Source: an uncultured delta proteobacterium
GTDB lineage: Bacteria > Myxococcota > Myxococcia > Myxococcales > Myxococcaceae
Length of the DNA stretch: 64,000 bases
Reading direction: 5' to 3'
Assembly: GCA_963713045.1 (NCBI GenBank)
Contig: CAVQKE010000001.1
Location: 672,001-736,000 of the forward strand
In this document: piece after piece, positions 39,880-48,783 of the stretch
Layout of the letters: every line of letters begins with the position of its first letter
Position numbering within the stretch: position 1 is the stretch's first letter
Made by a program: the position numbers and the translations under genes
The notes under the pieces: generated by a model
The model's input: only the letters and a program-made list of their open reading frames with translations
Databases searched by the model: none
Told to the model about the DNA's origin: nothing

Positions 39880-40099
39880 TTAAGTGACAGTCTGGAGGGG
39901 ACGTCGACGCGCCGCCACGTAGGCGTGGGTGCGCACGGCTCTCACTTCACGTTTCAAGCACAGCGCATTCGACATTCATGATGGACTGAGGTCCACGTCC
40001 ACCCCCAACGGACGTGACTGGCGCATTTTCCCATACCGACGGCGCAGTCGCGGTCGTCCCCGTCCGTCTGCAACGGCATTCGCCCATCCGCCATTGCGC

Positions 40100-41056
40100 C
40101 TAGCTCCCGCCGAAGGCGTAAATAAGCTGCAACGTTGTGATGGTGTCTGTCTTGTATGAAAAGAGCGGCGGCGTCGGGCCCACCGGCGGCGGCACATTGT
40201 GGATGGGGGACAGCGACGGCGCTGAGTCATAGCGCAGGACAAACGTCACCCCGAGCGACAACGCATCCCAGACTTGGGTGGTGAGGCCCACCTTGGCGTT
40301 GATGCGGTTGTCATCGAAGGCGGGCACCATGTCCGTGTCTCCGTAGGGGGCATCCTCGGCGTTGAAGTTGGTGAGCCATTCCAGGCCGGCGTTGAATTGG
40401 CTCGTCTTGGTAATCTGCCAGACGTAGCTGGCCGCCAGTCGCAGCGAGGCGATGAAGTAGGTGCCCTGTCCGGGAAGCGTCTGGTAGGGGTCGACGAACG
40501 CAAAGTCAAAGCCGGCCTCCCCCTTCACAGTGTGCGCGCCCGTCTTGAGGAGGAGCGTGCTGGCGCCGAGTTGCGCATCCCCGGTCAGCTTCTTCCCGGC
40601 GGCATAGTCCGAGCCGAGGCCCACCGAGACGTAGACGCTGGTCTCCCACTGGGCGTTGTTGTGGATGAGAAACTGGTCAAAGCGCAGCCCCAAGTCCCAC
40701 AGCCGGGCGGCCAACGCGTTGACCGTCTGCAGCTGGTTGAGGCTGGTCACCGTTTCGGTGGGGGCGGCAAAGGTGGTGGCCCGCGAAAAGGTGTAATCCC
40801 CAAGGAAGGTGTATTTCTGCCAGACGGCGTCGTAGCTGGCGTGCGCCGCGGCGGCGAAGCTGAGGGACTGGGAATTGCCAGTCAGGTACAGAAGGCCTGC
40901 CTTCACCTCGGCTTTCCAGCCCCCGGGTTTGGCGTCTTCCTTCGGCTTCTCGGTGGAGACGAATTTCGGGTCGTCGGCCCGGGCCACCGCCGAAGTAAAG
41001 ACGAAGGCCAACGGGGCCAGCGCAAAAGCCCATGGCTGAAATGACGTGGCCCTCAC
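40100..41056 (-). CDS. DUF481-type outer-membrane beta-barrel protein
   Basis: Signal peptide ending ARA; GLLYLTGNS, alternating beta-strands, LRYDSAP...KTDTITTLQLIYAF. GTG start overlaps the mscL stop. Confidence 0.75.
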   Translation of the reverse strand: MRATSFQPWAFALAPLAFVFTSAVARADDPKFVSTEKPKEDAKPGGWKAEVKAGLLYLTGNSQSLSFAAAAHASYDAVWQKYTFLGDYTFSRATTFAAPTETVTSLNQLQTVNALAARLWDLGLRFDQFLIHNNAQWETSVYVSVGLGSDYAAGKKLTGDAQLGASTLLLKTGAHTVKGEAGFDFAFVDPYQTLPGQGTYFIASLRLAASYVWQITKTSQFNAGLEWLTNFNAEDAPYGDTDMVPAFDDNRINAKVGLTTQVWDALSLGVTFVLRYDSAPSLSPIHNVPPPVGPTPPLFSYKTDTITTLQLIYAFGGS

Positions 41057-41451
41057 GCCGGCCCCGGCAGCACCGACGTACAGAATTTGCAGCGCCTAGC
41101 ACCGATGGGAATGGCTTCCATGCACTCCGGGCACGTCTTGGTGGTGGGCTTGGCCTCTTCCTTCTTGACGAGGCTTCCCCGCAGTTTCACCACCAGGATG
41201 AAGATGACGAAGGACACCAGGGCGAAGTCGAGGACTGCGCCCAGGAAGGGCCCCAGGCCCAGCTTCAACGGCGTCACCGTCAGCGTCCGCCAATCCCCGC
41301 CGGGCGTCGCCGCGTTGATGAGCGGCATGAAGATTTGCTCGACCAGCGAATTCACAATCTTCGTGAACGCCGCACCGATGACCACCGCCACCGCCAAGTC
41401 CAGGACGTTGCCCTTGAGGGCAAAGTCCCTCCATTCCTTCCACATCCCCAT
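41053..41451 (-). CDS. mscL: Large-conductance mechanosensitive channel with C-terminal zinc ribbon
   Basis: FALKGNVLDLAVAVVIGAAF..IV.SLV, GPFLGAVLDF; tail CPEC-x10-CKFC. Confidence 0.93.
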   Translation of the reverse strand: MGMWKEWRDFALKGNVLDLAVAVVIGAAFTKIVNSLVEQIFMPLINAATPGGDWRTLTVTPLKLGLGPFLGAVLDFALVSFVIFILVVKLRGSLVKKEEAKPTTKTCPECMEAIPIGARRCKFCTSVLPGPA

Positions 41452-41586
41452 AAGTGGCCCTCCCTCGCTCGGCGGTGCTGCAGCGCGTTGAGGCTAGGGC
41501 AAACCGGGGGGCACAACCAACCAAAAGAGAAGACGACGCAGCCACAACGGCCGGCCTTCCGCCAGGTGCTTTTCGGCAAGTCGCTG

Positions 41587-42996
41587 CTAGGCCGGCGCGG
41601 CCGCGAGTCCGGGGACGCTGACAGCGACGTCCTGGTGCACCCGCGCCGGCTGGTCGTCTTCGGCACTGTCCACCGCAGGGCTTGCCGGCGACTTCAGCGG
41701 CGCCTCCGCCTCGGCTTGCAGTTCGACAACCGCTGGGACAGCGACAACGGCCTCGGCAGCGACTTCGACGCGCACCGGACGCTTGTACAAGTGCGCGCTG
41801 TGGTTACGCACCCATTGCAAAAGCTGCCCCGCCTCACCACCGCGGGCGTCCACCGCTCGCAGGCTCCACACCAGCGCACCGCCGTAGCCGCCGCAACGGG
41901 CGGTGTCGAGGACTGTCTTGATGCTTTTGCTGGCGGTCGCGGCCGGGAAGGCGCCCAGCACCAGCGGGCGGTCCAGCCGGAAGTCCGCCGCGGCCCGGCG
42001 CAGCACCGCATCGCCGTACGGCTCCCACCAGTGGGCCTGGTAGAAGTCCAACCCCAGCCCTTGCACCAGGGAGAGGTTGGCGGTGCTGGCCAAGCCCACC
42101 GTGGCCAGCGCCCGGGTGTGCGCGTGCACCGCCTGGACGACTGCCGCGAGAAAGGCGCGCATGGCGGCCGCGTCCACCAACGTCGGCGCCGGGGGCGAGC
42201 GGTCCAAAAGCCCCAGCGAACGCAAGCCAGCGCTCAACGTGCCCGTCAGTTGTCCCCAGCGCCAGGCGCGCCGCGGCCGTGCTGCACGCGGACACTGCAT
42301 GCCCAGCGTCGCACAGTCCGGCTCGTCAAAGACGTCCCAGCCGTCCACCGCCGGGTGGCTTCCATAGCGGCGCAACAGCGGCGCCACCACGAAGTCCATC
42401 AGGGCCTCGCGCTTGGTTGCCTCTGCCAACACGTCAGCGTGGCCGCCGCAGCGGACCCCGTCCTGCAGGCTGGGGGAGGCCACCAGCCCCGCGTCAAACA
42501 GGACCGGGAAAAGGCCCACCCGTTGCCGCTCGGCAGCGGCCAAAAGCACGTCCACGTCGGCAAACACCGCGCTGTCCAGCCCCTGCGGCGTGCCGTCGGC
42601 AGAGAAGCGAATGCCGGCACGTGCGTCACAGAAGAGAAAGACGCGCGCCTGCTCCACACCGTCGTGCCGAAGACGGCCGAAGGCCGCCTCCAGGTTGGCT
42701 GCCGCCTCGGGGTGTGCCGACAGCCCGCCCATCGGCGTCGCCGTGGAACAGCCGACGTCCAGGCCGTAGCGCATCCAGGGAAGGTTGGCGCCGAGGAGAA
42801 AGCGGTTGGGGCCAAAGCCCGGCGCCGAGTCCGCGTGGGGAGCCGGCAATTCCACGGCGTTGAAGGCGAGCCACGGGGCAGAGCGGACAGCGGCCCCTTC
42901 GTCGGGGAGGTCAGCGCTCGCTCCGCCGCTGCGTCCTGCATTGGTGGCGAGACGCGCCGTTCGCTTGCCAGGCCGCCAACGCAGTGGCTCACCCAT
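41587..42996 (-). CDS. GH5-like (clan GH-A) TIM-barrel protein, probably non-catalytic
   Basis: GANLPW..YG.D.G, RVFLFCD, WDVFDEP, LDFYQAHW, PLVLGAFP, GALVWS. Start uncertain. Confidence 0.7.
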   Translation of the reverse strand: MGEPLRWRPGKRTARLATNAGRSGGASADLPDEGAAVRSAPWLAFNAVELPAPHADSAPGFGPNRFLLGANLPWMRYGLDVGCSTATPMGGLSAHPEAAANLEAAFGRLRHDGVEQARVFLFCDARAGIRFSADGTPQGLDSAVFADVDVLLAAAERQRVGLFPVLFDAGLVASPSLQDGVRCGGHADVLAEATKREALMDFVVAPLLRRYGSHPAVDGWDVFDEPDCATLGMQCPRAARPRRAWRWGQLTGTLSAGLRSLGLLDRSPPAPTLVDAAAMRAFLAAVVQAVHAHTRALATVGLASTANLSLVQGLGLDFYQAHWWEPYGDAVLRRAAADFRLDRPLVLGAFPAATASKSIKTVLDTARCGGYGGALVWSLRAVDARGGEAGQLLQWVRNHSAHLYKRPVRVEVAAEAVVAVPAVVELQAEAEAPLKSPASPAVDSAEDDQPARVHQDVAVSVPGLAAAPA

Positions 42997-43165
42997 GTCG
43001 ATTTCACCCACTCCCCGGGTCAGTCCGGACCGTCCGAGGCGGGGGATAGTCTCCGAATGGTTTTGGACAATCAACGTGAAAAATTCGACGGGCCGATGGC
43101 TGCCGGGGAGGGCTGCGCGGAGCGACCCAGGGCCCTTCGGGAAAGGGCTTCCGGCGGGCTGGCCC

Positions 43166-44242
43166 TTAGCGGGCCGCCCGGGCCGTCACCGGCGGGGCGG
43201 CCGGCAACAGCTCGCCTCCCATCGACGTCCCGGCCAGTGTGCCACACGCGGCCTGAATGTCCTTCCCGCCGGAATAGCGCCGGGCAATGGGCGCCCGCAG
43301 GACTTGAAGGAAATTGCGAAAGCGGGCGAGCTCCTCGGCCCCCGGCGGCTGGTAGCGGCCGGTGGGGTCCGTCACGTCGATGAGGTCCAGCTTGATGGGG
43401 ATGTCGCGGAAGGCCACGGCGAGCGCTCCAGCGTCCTCTTGGCCGGTGTTGAAGCCAGCGATGAGGACGTAGGCCAGCATGGCGCGCTCGCGGCGTGCGC
43501 GGGCGTAGGCACCGATGGCCTCCACCAAAGACGGCAGGGAATGCGTGGCTTCAATCGGCATCACCTGCCGCCGCTTCTCGGCGATGGCCGAGGTGAGGGA
43601 AAACACCAGCCGGTAGGGGTGGCCTTCGCGCAGGTAGCGGTGGATGGCCGGCACCACCCCGGCGGTGGACAGCGTGATGGCGCGCGCCGAAATGGCCAGG
43701 CCGGCCGGGTGGCTGAGAATTCTCGCCGCGCGCAGCACCTCCGTCGGGTTGAGCAGCGGCTCGCCCATCCCCATGAAGACGACGCCGCGGACCGGGCGGT
43801 CCGCTTCGGCCCGGATGCGCAGCACCTGGTCCACCATTTCCCAGGTCTCGAGGTTGCGCCCGAAGCCCAGCTTCCCGGTGGCGCAGAAGGTGCAGCCCAA
43901 GGCGCAGCCCAGCTGGCTTGAAACGCACACCACATACTTCTCCTCGAAGAGGGGAATGCGGACCGCCTCGAAGCGCCCGCCCAGAGGAGAGGCAAACAGG
44001 TACTTCACGAAGCCGTCCGCCGCGCGCCGCCGCTCCAGCACCCCCAGCTGAGACAGCCGGCCGTGTGACGAAACGTAATCCCGCACCCGCGCCGGCACTT
44101 GCGGCACCGCGCGAAGCGCGCCCATCTCGTCGGCGCCGTGGGCAAACACCGCAGCAAACAGTTTGCGGACGGCGGTGGGCGAGGGCCCGAGCGGGGCCAG
44201 CTGCGCCTGCCATTCTTCGAGGGCCAGGCTTTTGAGATTCAC
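43166..44242 (-). CDS. RlmN/Cfr-family (class A) radical SAM methyltransferase, divergent paralog
   Basis: CVSSQLGCALGCTFCATG, FMGMGEPLLN, ITLSTAG, GKDIQAACGTL. Confidence 0.88.
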   Translation of the reverse strand: MNLKSLALEEWQAQLAPLGPSPTAVRKLFAAVFAHGADEMGALRAVPQVPARVRDYVSSHGRLSQLGVLERRRAADGFVKYLFASPLGGRFEAVRIPLFEEKYVVCVSSQLGCALGCTFCATGKLGFGRNLETWEMVDQVLRIRAEADRPVRGVVFMGMGEPLLNPTEVLRAARILSHPAGLAISARAITLSTAGVVPAIHRYLREGHPYRLVFSLTSAIAEKRRQVMPIEATHSLPSLVEAIGAYARARRERAMLAYVLIAGFNTGQEDAGALAVAFRDIPIKLDLIDVTDPTGRYQPPGAEELARFRNFLQVLRAPIARRYSGGKDIQAACGTLAGTSMGGELLPAAPPVTARAAR

Positions 44243-44475
44243 TTCTGGGGCAGCTTGCTGCGCAGAAACGCCTTCAGCTTGCCGGCCAACTCTCTCGGCA
44301 TCTCATCCACCATGGCGCGCCGCGCGAGCTGAGGCGTCGCCTTGTAGCTCTGCAAAAAGTCCACGCACGGCGGGCAGTTTCGCAAGTGCTCCCGCAACTC
44401 CGCAGCCTGCGCCTCGGAGAGTTCGCCGTCGACGTACTCAAGCAGCTGGTGGATGGAGTCCTTGCAGGTGAACAT
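44239..44475 (-). CDS. Cytoplasmic zinc-binding anti-sigma factor (zf-HC2/ZAS)
   Basis: C-x(n)-YVDGEL...HLRNCPPC; 78 aa, no TM. Confidence 0.92.
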   Translation of the reverse strand: MFTCKDSIHQLLEYVDGELSEAQAAELREHLRNCPPCVDFLQSYKATPQLARRAMVDEMPRELAGKLKAFLRSKLPQK

Positions 44476-44520
44476 GAATGACTGCCAACCCCCTAATGAT
44501 GCTGGCCAGAGGCTTCGGTT

Positions 44521-45180
44521 TCACACTTCTTTGTAAAAGGCGTCGATTTCTTCGCGCAGGGCCAGTCGGGCTCGGTGCAGGCGACTCTTCACCGCCGGGA
44601 CCGAAATTCCCATCATTTCAGCGATTTCCTCGTAGGACAGCCCCTCCACGTCCTTGAGGAGGAAGACTTCGCGGTAGCCCTCGGGCAGCGCGTCGGTGCC
44701 CTGGCGAATCGCGCGCCCCAACTCCTCGTCCAGCACCTTGTCGTCGGCCCCGCGGCCCCAGTCCACGTCCGGCACTTCGGCCAGGCTGCCCCGTTCGGTG
44801 AACTCCGGGGAGCGCATCTCCTCCGTCGCCGCCTCCACCACCCGCTGGTGGCGCAGTCGCATCAGTGCGTGGTTGGCCGCAATGCGGTGCACCCACGAGC
44901 CAAACGCCGACTCACCGCGAAAATTCTTTAGGTTCTGGTAGGCAGCGAGGAAGGTGTCCTGCACCACCTCGGCGGCGTCGGCCTCGGAGCGCGTCATCCT
45001 CAGCGCCAACCCGTAGAGCCGGTCCTTGTGCCGTTCCACCAGCGCCTCGAAGGCGTCGATGTCTCCGCTTTGGGCGCGCTCCAGCAAGGCACGGTCTTCC
45101 AACGCGGCATCGGACATGGCGGGGCCGCGCAGGGTTCCAGCGCTTGGCTCCGTCGTCAAGGGCGCCCGGCGCTCACTCAT
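44521..45180 (-). CDS. ECF RNA polymerase sigma factor
   Basis: DAAEVVQDTFL, FRGESAFGSWVHRIAAN, LPEGYREVFLLKDVEGLSYEEIA, VKSRLHRAR. Alternative start at 45117. Confidence 0.95.
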   Translation of the reverse strand: MSERRAPLTTEPSAGTLRGPAMSDAALEDRALLERAQSGDIDAFEALVERHKDRLYGLALRMTRSEADAAEVVQDTFLAAYQNLKNFRGESAFGSWVHRIAANHALMRLRHQRVVEAATEEMRSPEFTERGSLAEVPDVDWGRGADDKVLDEELGRAIRQGTDALPEGYREVFLLKDVEGLSYEEIAEMMGISVPAVKSRLHRARLALREEIDAFYKEV

Positions 45181-46349
45181 AGCGGCGGCACCTCAGACAC
45201 AAACGTCGGCGCACCCTTCAGCAGCTGCACCACCACCGCCGGCTTCACCGCGTTGCGGTCCGCACCCAACGTGATGCGGCCGGTGACGCCCTCAAAATCA
45301 CGCGTGGCGGCAATCGCCGCGCGCAACCTCGCACCCCCCACTCCGGATGACGTGCGAAGCGCGGTGATGCCCACCCGGGCCGCGTCATAGCCCAGCGCGC
45401 CGAGCGCGTCGGGCAGATGTCCAAAGCGCCGCTGGTACTGCTGGAGAAAGCGCTGCACCAGGGCGGAGGGGTTGTCCGGGCTGAAGTGCGTGGAATAGTA
45501 GGCCCCCTCAATGGCAGCTCCGCCGAGCTCGGCCAGCTTGCCGCCCGACTCCCAGCCGTCGCCGCCCAAGAGGACTGCCTTTATGCCGAGCTCCCGCGCC
45601 TGCCGAGCGATGGGCCCCGCGTCGCTGTAGTAGCCGGGGATGAAGATGCCGTCGGGATGGCTGGCCTTCACCCGCGTCAGCGCCGAGCGAAAGTCGCTGT
45701 CGCCCTTGGAATAACTCTCCGCAGCCACCACCGTGCCTCCCAGCTCGGCGAAGCGCCGGCGAAAGACGTCGGTCAGTCCGACGGAGTAGTCGCTCTTCAC
45801 GTCGGTCAAAAGGGCGATGCGCAAAAGTTTCAGCCGGGCGCGCGCAAAGGACGCCATGGCTTGTCCCTGAAAGCCGTCGACGAAGCACACCCGGAAGACG
45901 TAGGGACCGCCGGCACTGGTCACCTTGGGGTTGGTGGCAGAGGGGGAAATGAGGGGCACCTCGGCGCGGGCCACAGCCGGCGCCATGGCCAGGGTGTTGC
46001 TGGAAGCATTTTCGCCAATCACGAAGGCGACGCGGTCTTCCAGGACGAGGCGCAGCGCGGCGGAGGCGGCCTCCTCGGGCTTGCTCTGCGCGTCATAGGC
46101 CCGCAGCACCAGTGGATGGCCCGCCACCCCGCCGGTCCGGTTGGCCTCCTCAATGGCCAACGTCACCCCGTCGCGGGTCCCCAGGCCGAAGTGCGCCTCG
46201 GGCCCAGTCAAAGACCCCACCAGGCCGATGAGGAGGGCGGTGGGCGGCGACCCCGGCGCAGCATCCGCCGCCGCCACGGGTGAAGCGGTGCGCTGGCAAG
46301 CAGCCAGCAGGGACGCAGCTGCCAACACCCTCAAGCCCAAGCGCCCCAT
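45177..46349 (-). CDS. LivJ/LivK-type (PBP1) amino-acid-binding lipoprotein
   Basis: Lipobox LAAC; SLTGPEA.FG, SPSATNP.VT, FRVCFVD.FQG, DYSVGL, GGDGW, GYDA, FEGVTG.I. Confidence 0.92.
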   Translation of the reverse strand: MGRLGLRVLAAASLLAACQRTASPVAAADAAPGSPPTALLIGLVGSLTGPEAHFGLGTRDGVTLAIEEANRTGGVAGHPLVLRAYDAQSKPEEAASAALRLVLEDRVAFVIGENASSNTLAMAPAVARAEVPLISPSATNPKVTSAGGPYVFRVCFVDGFQGQAMASFARARLKLLRIALLTDVKSDYSVGLTDVFRRRFAELGGTVVAAESYSKGDSDFRSALTRVKASHPDGIFIPGYYSDAGPIARQARELGIKAVLLGGDGWESGGKLAELGGAAIEGAYYSTHFSPDNPSALVQRFLQQYQRRFGHLPDALGALGYDAARVGITALRTSSGVGGARLRAAIAATRDFEGVTGRITLGADRNAVKPAVVVQLLKGAPTFVSEVPPL

Positions 46350-46551
46350 GCCAGGCCCCCCTCTACCGCACCGCTGCGACGGGTGCACATCCACCCCCCC
46401 CCAAGGCGCCACCGGCACAGCTTGAGGGGGGGGCGGCCCTCTGCGCAGCGGGACGCCGCGTGGGGGGCAGCAGCCAACAGGCTGGGCCGGCCATTTGGGC
46501 AGCTTGGCCGAGCAGTGGGCGCGCCCGGGGGGGGGGACGGCCGGGGGGGGG

Positions 46552-47163
46552 TTAGCCGGGCGACAGGGGACGCACGACGCGGCTGACGCCGGGCGAACCT
46601 TCCACCCAAAAGCGGTAGGGCCGGCTCGCCCACACCCCGGCGTAGTCAACGCCCACCCGCGGGCCGCGACGCACGCTGCGCCGCGGCGGGGGCGGCCCGG
46701 CGCGAATGGACAGCCCGGAAGCCTTGGTGAGGTCCACCTTGTTTTCGGCGCCGGAAATGCACAGCGCCCGCGTCAGTCGCCCCGGCCCGTCCGTCCGCAG
46801 GCCGGTTGGAATGCCCAAGGTGGCCTCCACGCCGCGCACCAGCACCGCCGAGGCCACCCCCTCCGCCGCGGTGACGACGTTGAAGCACCAGTGCATGCCG
46901 TAGACGAAGTAGACGTAGGCATGGCCCGGCGGCCCGAAGATGACTTCCGTGCGCGGCGTGCGTCCGTGGCAGGCATGGCAGGCGAGGTCGTGCTCACCGA
47001 CATAGGCCTCAGTCTCCACAATCCGTCCGGCGCGCGTTGTTTTGCCGCAGCGGTGCACCAGAAATTGGCCCAGCAACGCCCGCGCAACCTTCAACGCCGG
47101 CCAGTCGTAGAAGGAGCGCGGCAACACCGGGCCCAACGTTGCTGTGCCCGCAGGCGCCCTCAC
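46552..47163 (-). CDS. mpg: DNA-3-methyladenine glycosylase (AAG/MPG family)
   Basis: GRIVETEAY, PGHAYVYFVYGMHWCFNVV, AVLVR, GPGRLT.AL, GPRVGV. Confidence 0.95.
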   Translation of the reverse strand: MRAPAGTATLGPVLPRSFYDWPALKVARALLGQFLVHRCGKTTRAGRIVETEAYVGEHDLACHACHGRTPRTEVIFGPPGHAYVYFVYGMHWCFNVVTAAEGVASAVLVRGVEATLGIPTGLRTDGPGRLTRALCISGAENKVDLTKASGLSIRAGPPPPRRSVRRGPRVGVDYAGVWASRPYRFWVEGSPGVSRVVRPLSPG

Positions 47164-47219
47164 CGTCCTTCAAGCAATGGCCCAAGCGCCACCTTTCTGT
47201 CCAGCCTTCCGGGCATAGG

Positions 47220-48783
47220 ATGACGGCACCGCCCATGCCCCTTTCCCGCCGCCTCTCGGGCGTGCTTCTGCCGGTTTTTTCGCTGCGTTCGCACACCGAC
47301 TACGGGGTGGGCGATTTCGGCGCGGCCGAGGGCCTGTTTGCGTGGTTGGCCGCCGCCGGTCAGCGGCTGTGGATGATGCTTCCGCTGCTGCCCACCACCG
47401 CCGGCGACCCCAGCCCCTACGCCACCAGCGGCGCTTTCGGCCTTAACCCCCTCTTCATTCACCTGGACTGGCTGGAGGAATACCGCGCCGCAGGCGGCCT
47501 GCGCCTTCTGTCGGCCCGGCAGGCCCAGGCCCTGCTGGAGGCGCGGGCCGCCCCACGCATCCGCTACGACATCGTCTTCCAGTTGAAACGCGCCGCGCTG
47601 TCGGCGGCCTTCACCCAAGGGGAAGCCCACTCGGGCGAGCGCGGAGAGGCCTTCCAGCGCTTCCGCGAGGCCCAGGCCAGCTGGCTCGAGGACCATGCCC
47701 TCTTCACTGCCCTGACCGAGGAGCAGCAGCAGAAGCCGTGGTGGGACTGGCCGGACCCGCTGGCGCAGCGTGAGTCGGACGCGCTGGCCGCCGCCCGCGC
47801 CCGACTGGCGACCCCCATTCGCTTCCATGCCTGGCTGCAATGGGTGGCGCATGAGCAGTGGGCCCGCGTCCGCGCCGCGGCCCAGGCCCGCGGAATCCTC
47901 CTGCGGGGATGAGCCCTTCATCGTTGGCAATGACAGTGTGGATGCCTGGGCCTACCCCACCCTGTTGCGCCGGGATGCGCGGCTGGGCGTCCCCCCGGAT
48001 GCCTTCTCGGCCACCGGGCAGGACTGGGGGCTTCCCTGGTTTGACTTTCCGGCGATGGAGCGAGAGGACTTTCGTTGGCTTCGTTCTCGCGCCGGCCAGA
48101 GCGCCACGTACTATGACTTGCGTAGGGTCGACCATGCCGTCGGCTACTTTCGCCAGTGGATTCGCGACCAGACGACGCCCACCGGACGCTTCGTCCCGGC
48201 CGACGAGCCGGCGCAGGCCGCCCTGGGGGAAGTCCTCTTCGGAATTCTGGGGACTGGGGCCGGACTGATTGCCGAGGACCTCGGCGTCATCCCGCCCTGG
48301 GTGCGCCAGACGCTGGAACGACACCGCATTCCCGGCTACCGGGTCCTGCGCTGGGAGCGGGACGGCGCCGTGTTTCGAGACCCCACCGCCTTTCCGGCGG
48401 TGTCGCTCGCGACCACTGGAACGCACGACACCGAGACACTTCGCGAGTGGTGGGAGACCGTCAGCGAGGCCGAGCGAGTGGCGGTGGCAGAGGCTTACCA
48501 GGCCTTCGCCGGCTTGCGTCCGCCGCCGGCTTCCTTCAGCCCGCAGGTGCAGGACGCGCTTTTGGAGACGGTGCAAACCGCCAGCTCGCAGCTGTGCGTC
48601 GTCCCCTGGCAGGACGTCCTGGGCCTCGGCGACCGCATCAACCTGCCGGGGACAGTGCAAGAGCAGAACTGGACGTACCGCATCTCGCACCCGGTGGAGG
48701 AGTTGCTGGCACACCCGGACACCTTGGCCGCATCAGAGCGGCTTCGCCGCTTCACCGAACTGGGGATGCGCCTCTCGGCCTAG
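47220..48783 (+). CDS. malQ: 4-alpha-glucanotransferase (GH77), frameshift near 47903
   Basis: GVGDFG, W..LPL, SPY..GAF.LNP in the first frame; GDEPF, GVPPDAFSATGQDWG.P, RVDH, AEDLG, GTHD, RINLPG, NW.YR in the second. Confidence 0.9.

Noticed and set aside
41032..43383. 783-aa plus-strand ORF
   Set aside because: Antisense to mscL, the GH5-like gene and the RlmN-like gene; no domain signal.
45113..45138. GGAACC-N17-GTC ECF-like promoter on the minus strand
   Set aside because: Spacing fits, but it lies inside the predicted sigma CDS, overlapping a candidate ATG. It cannot be supported without TSS data.
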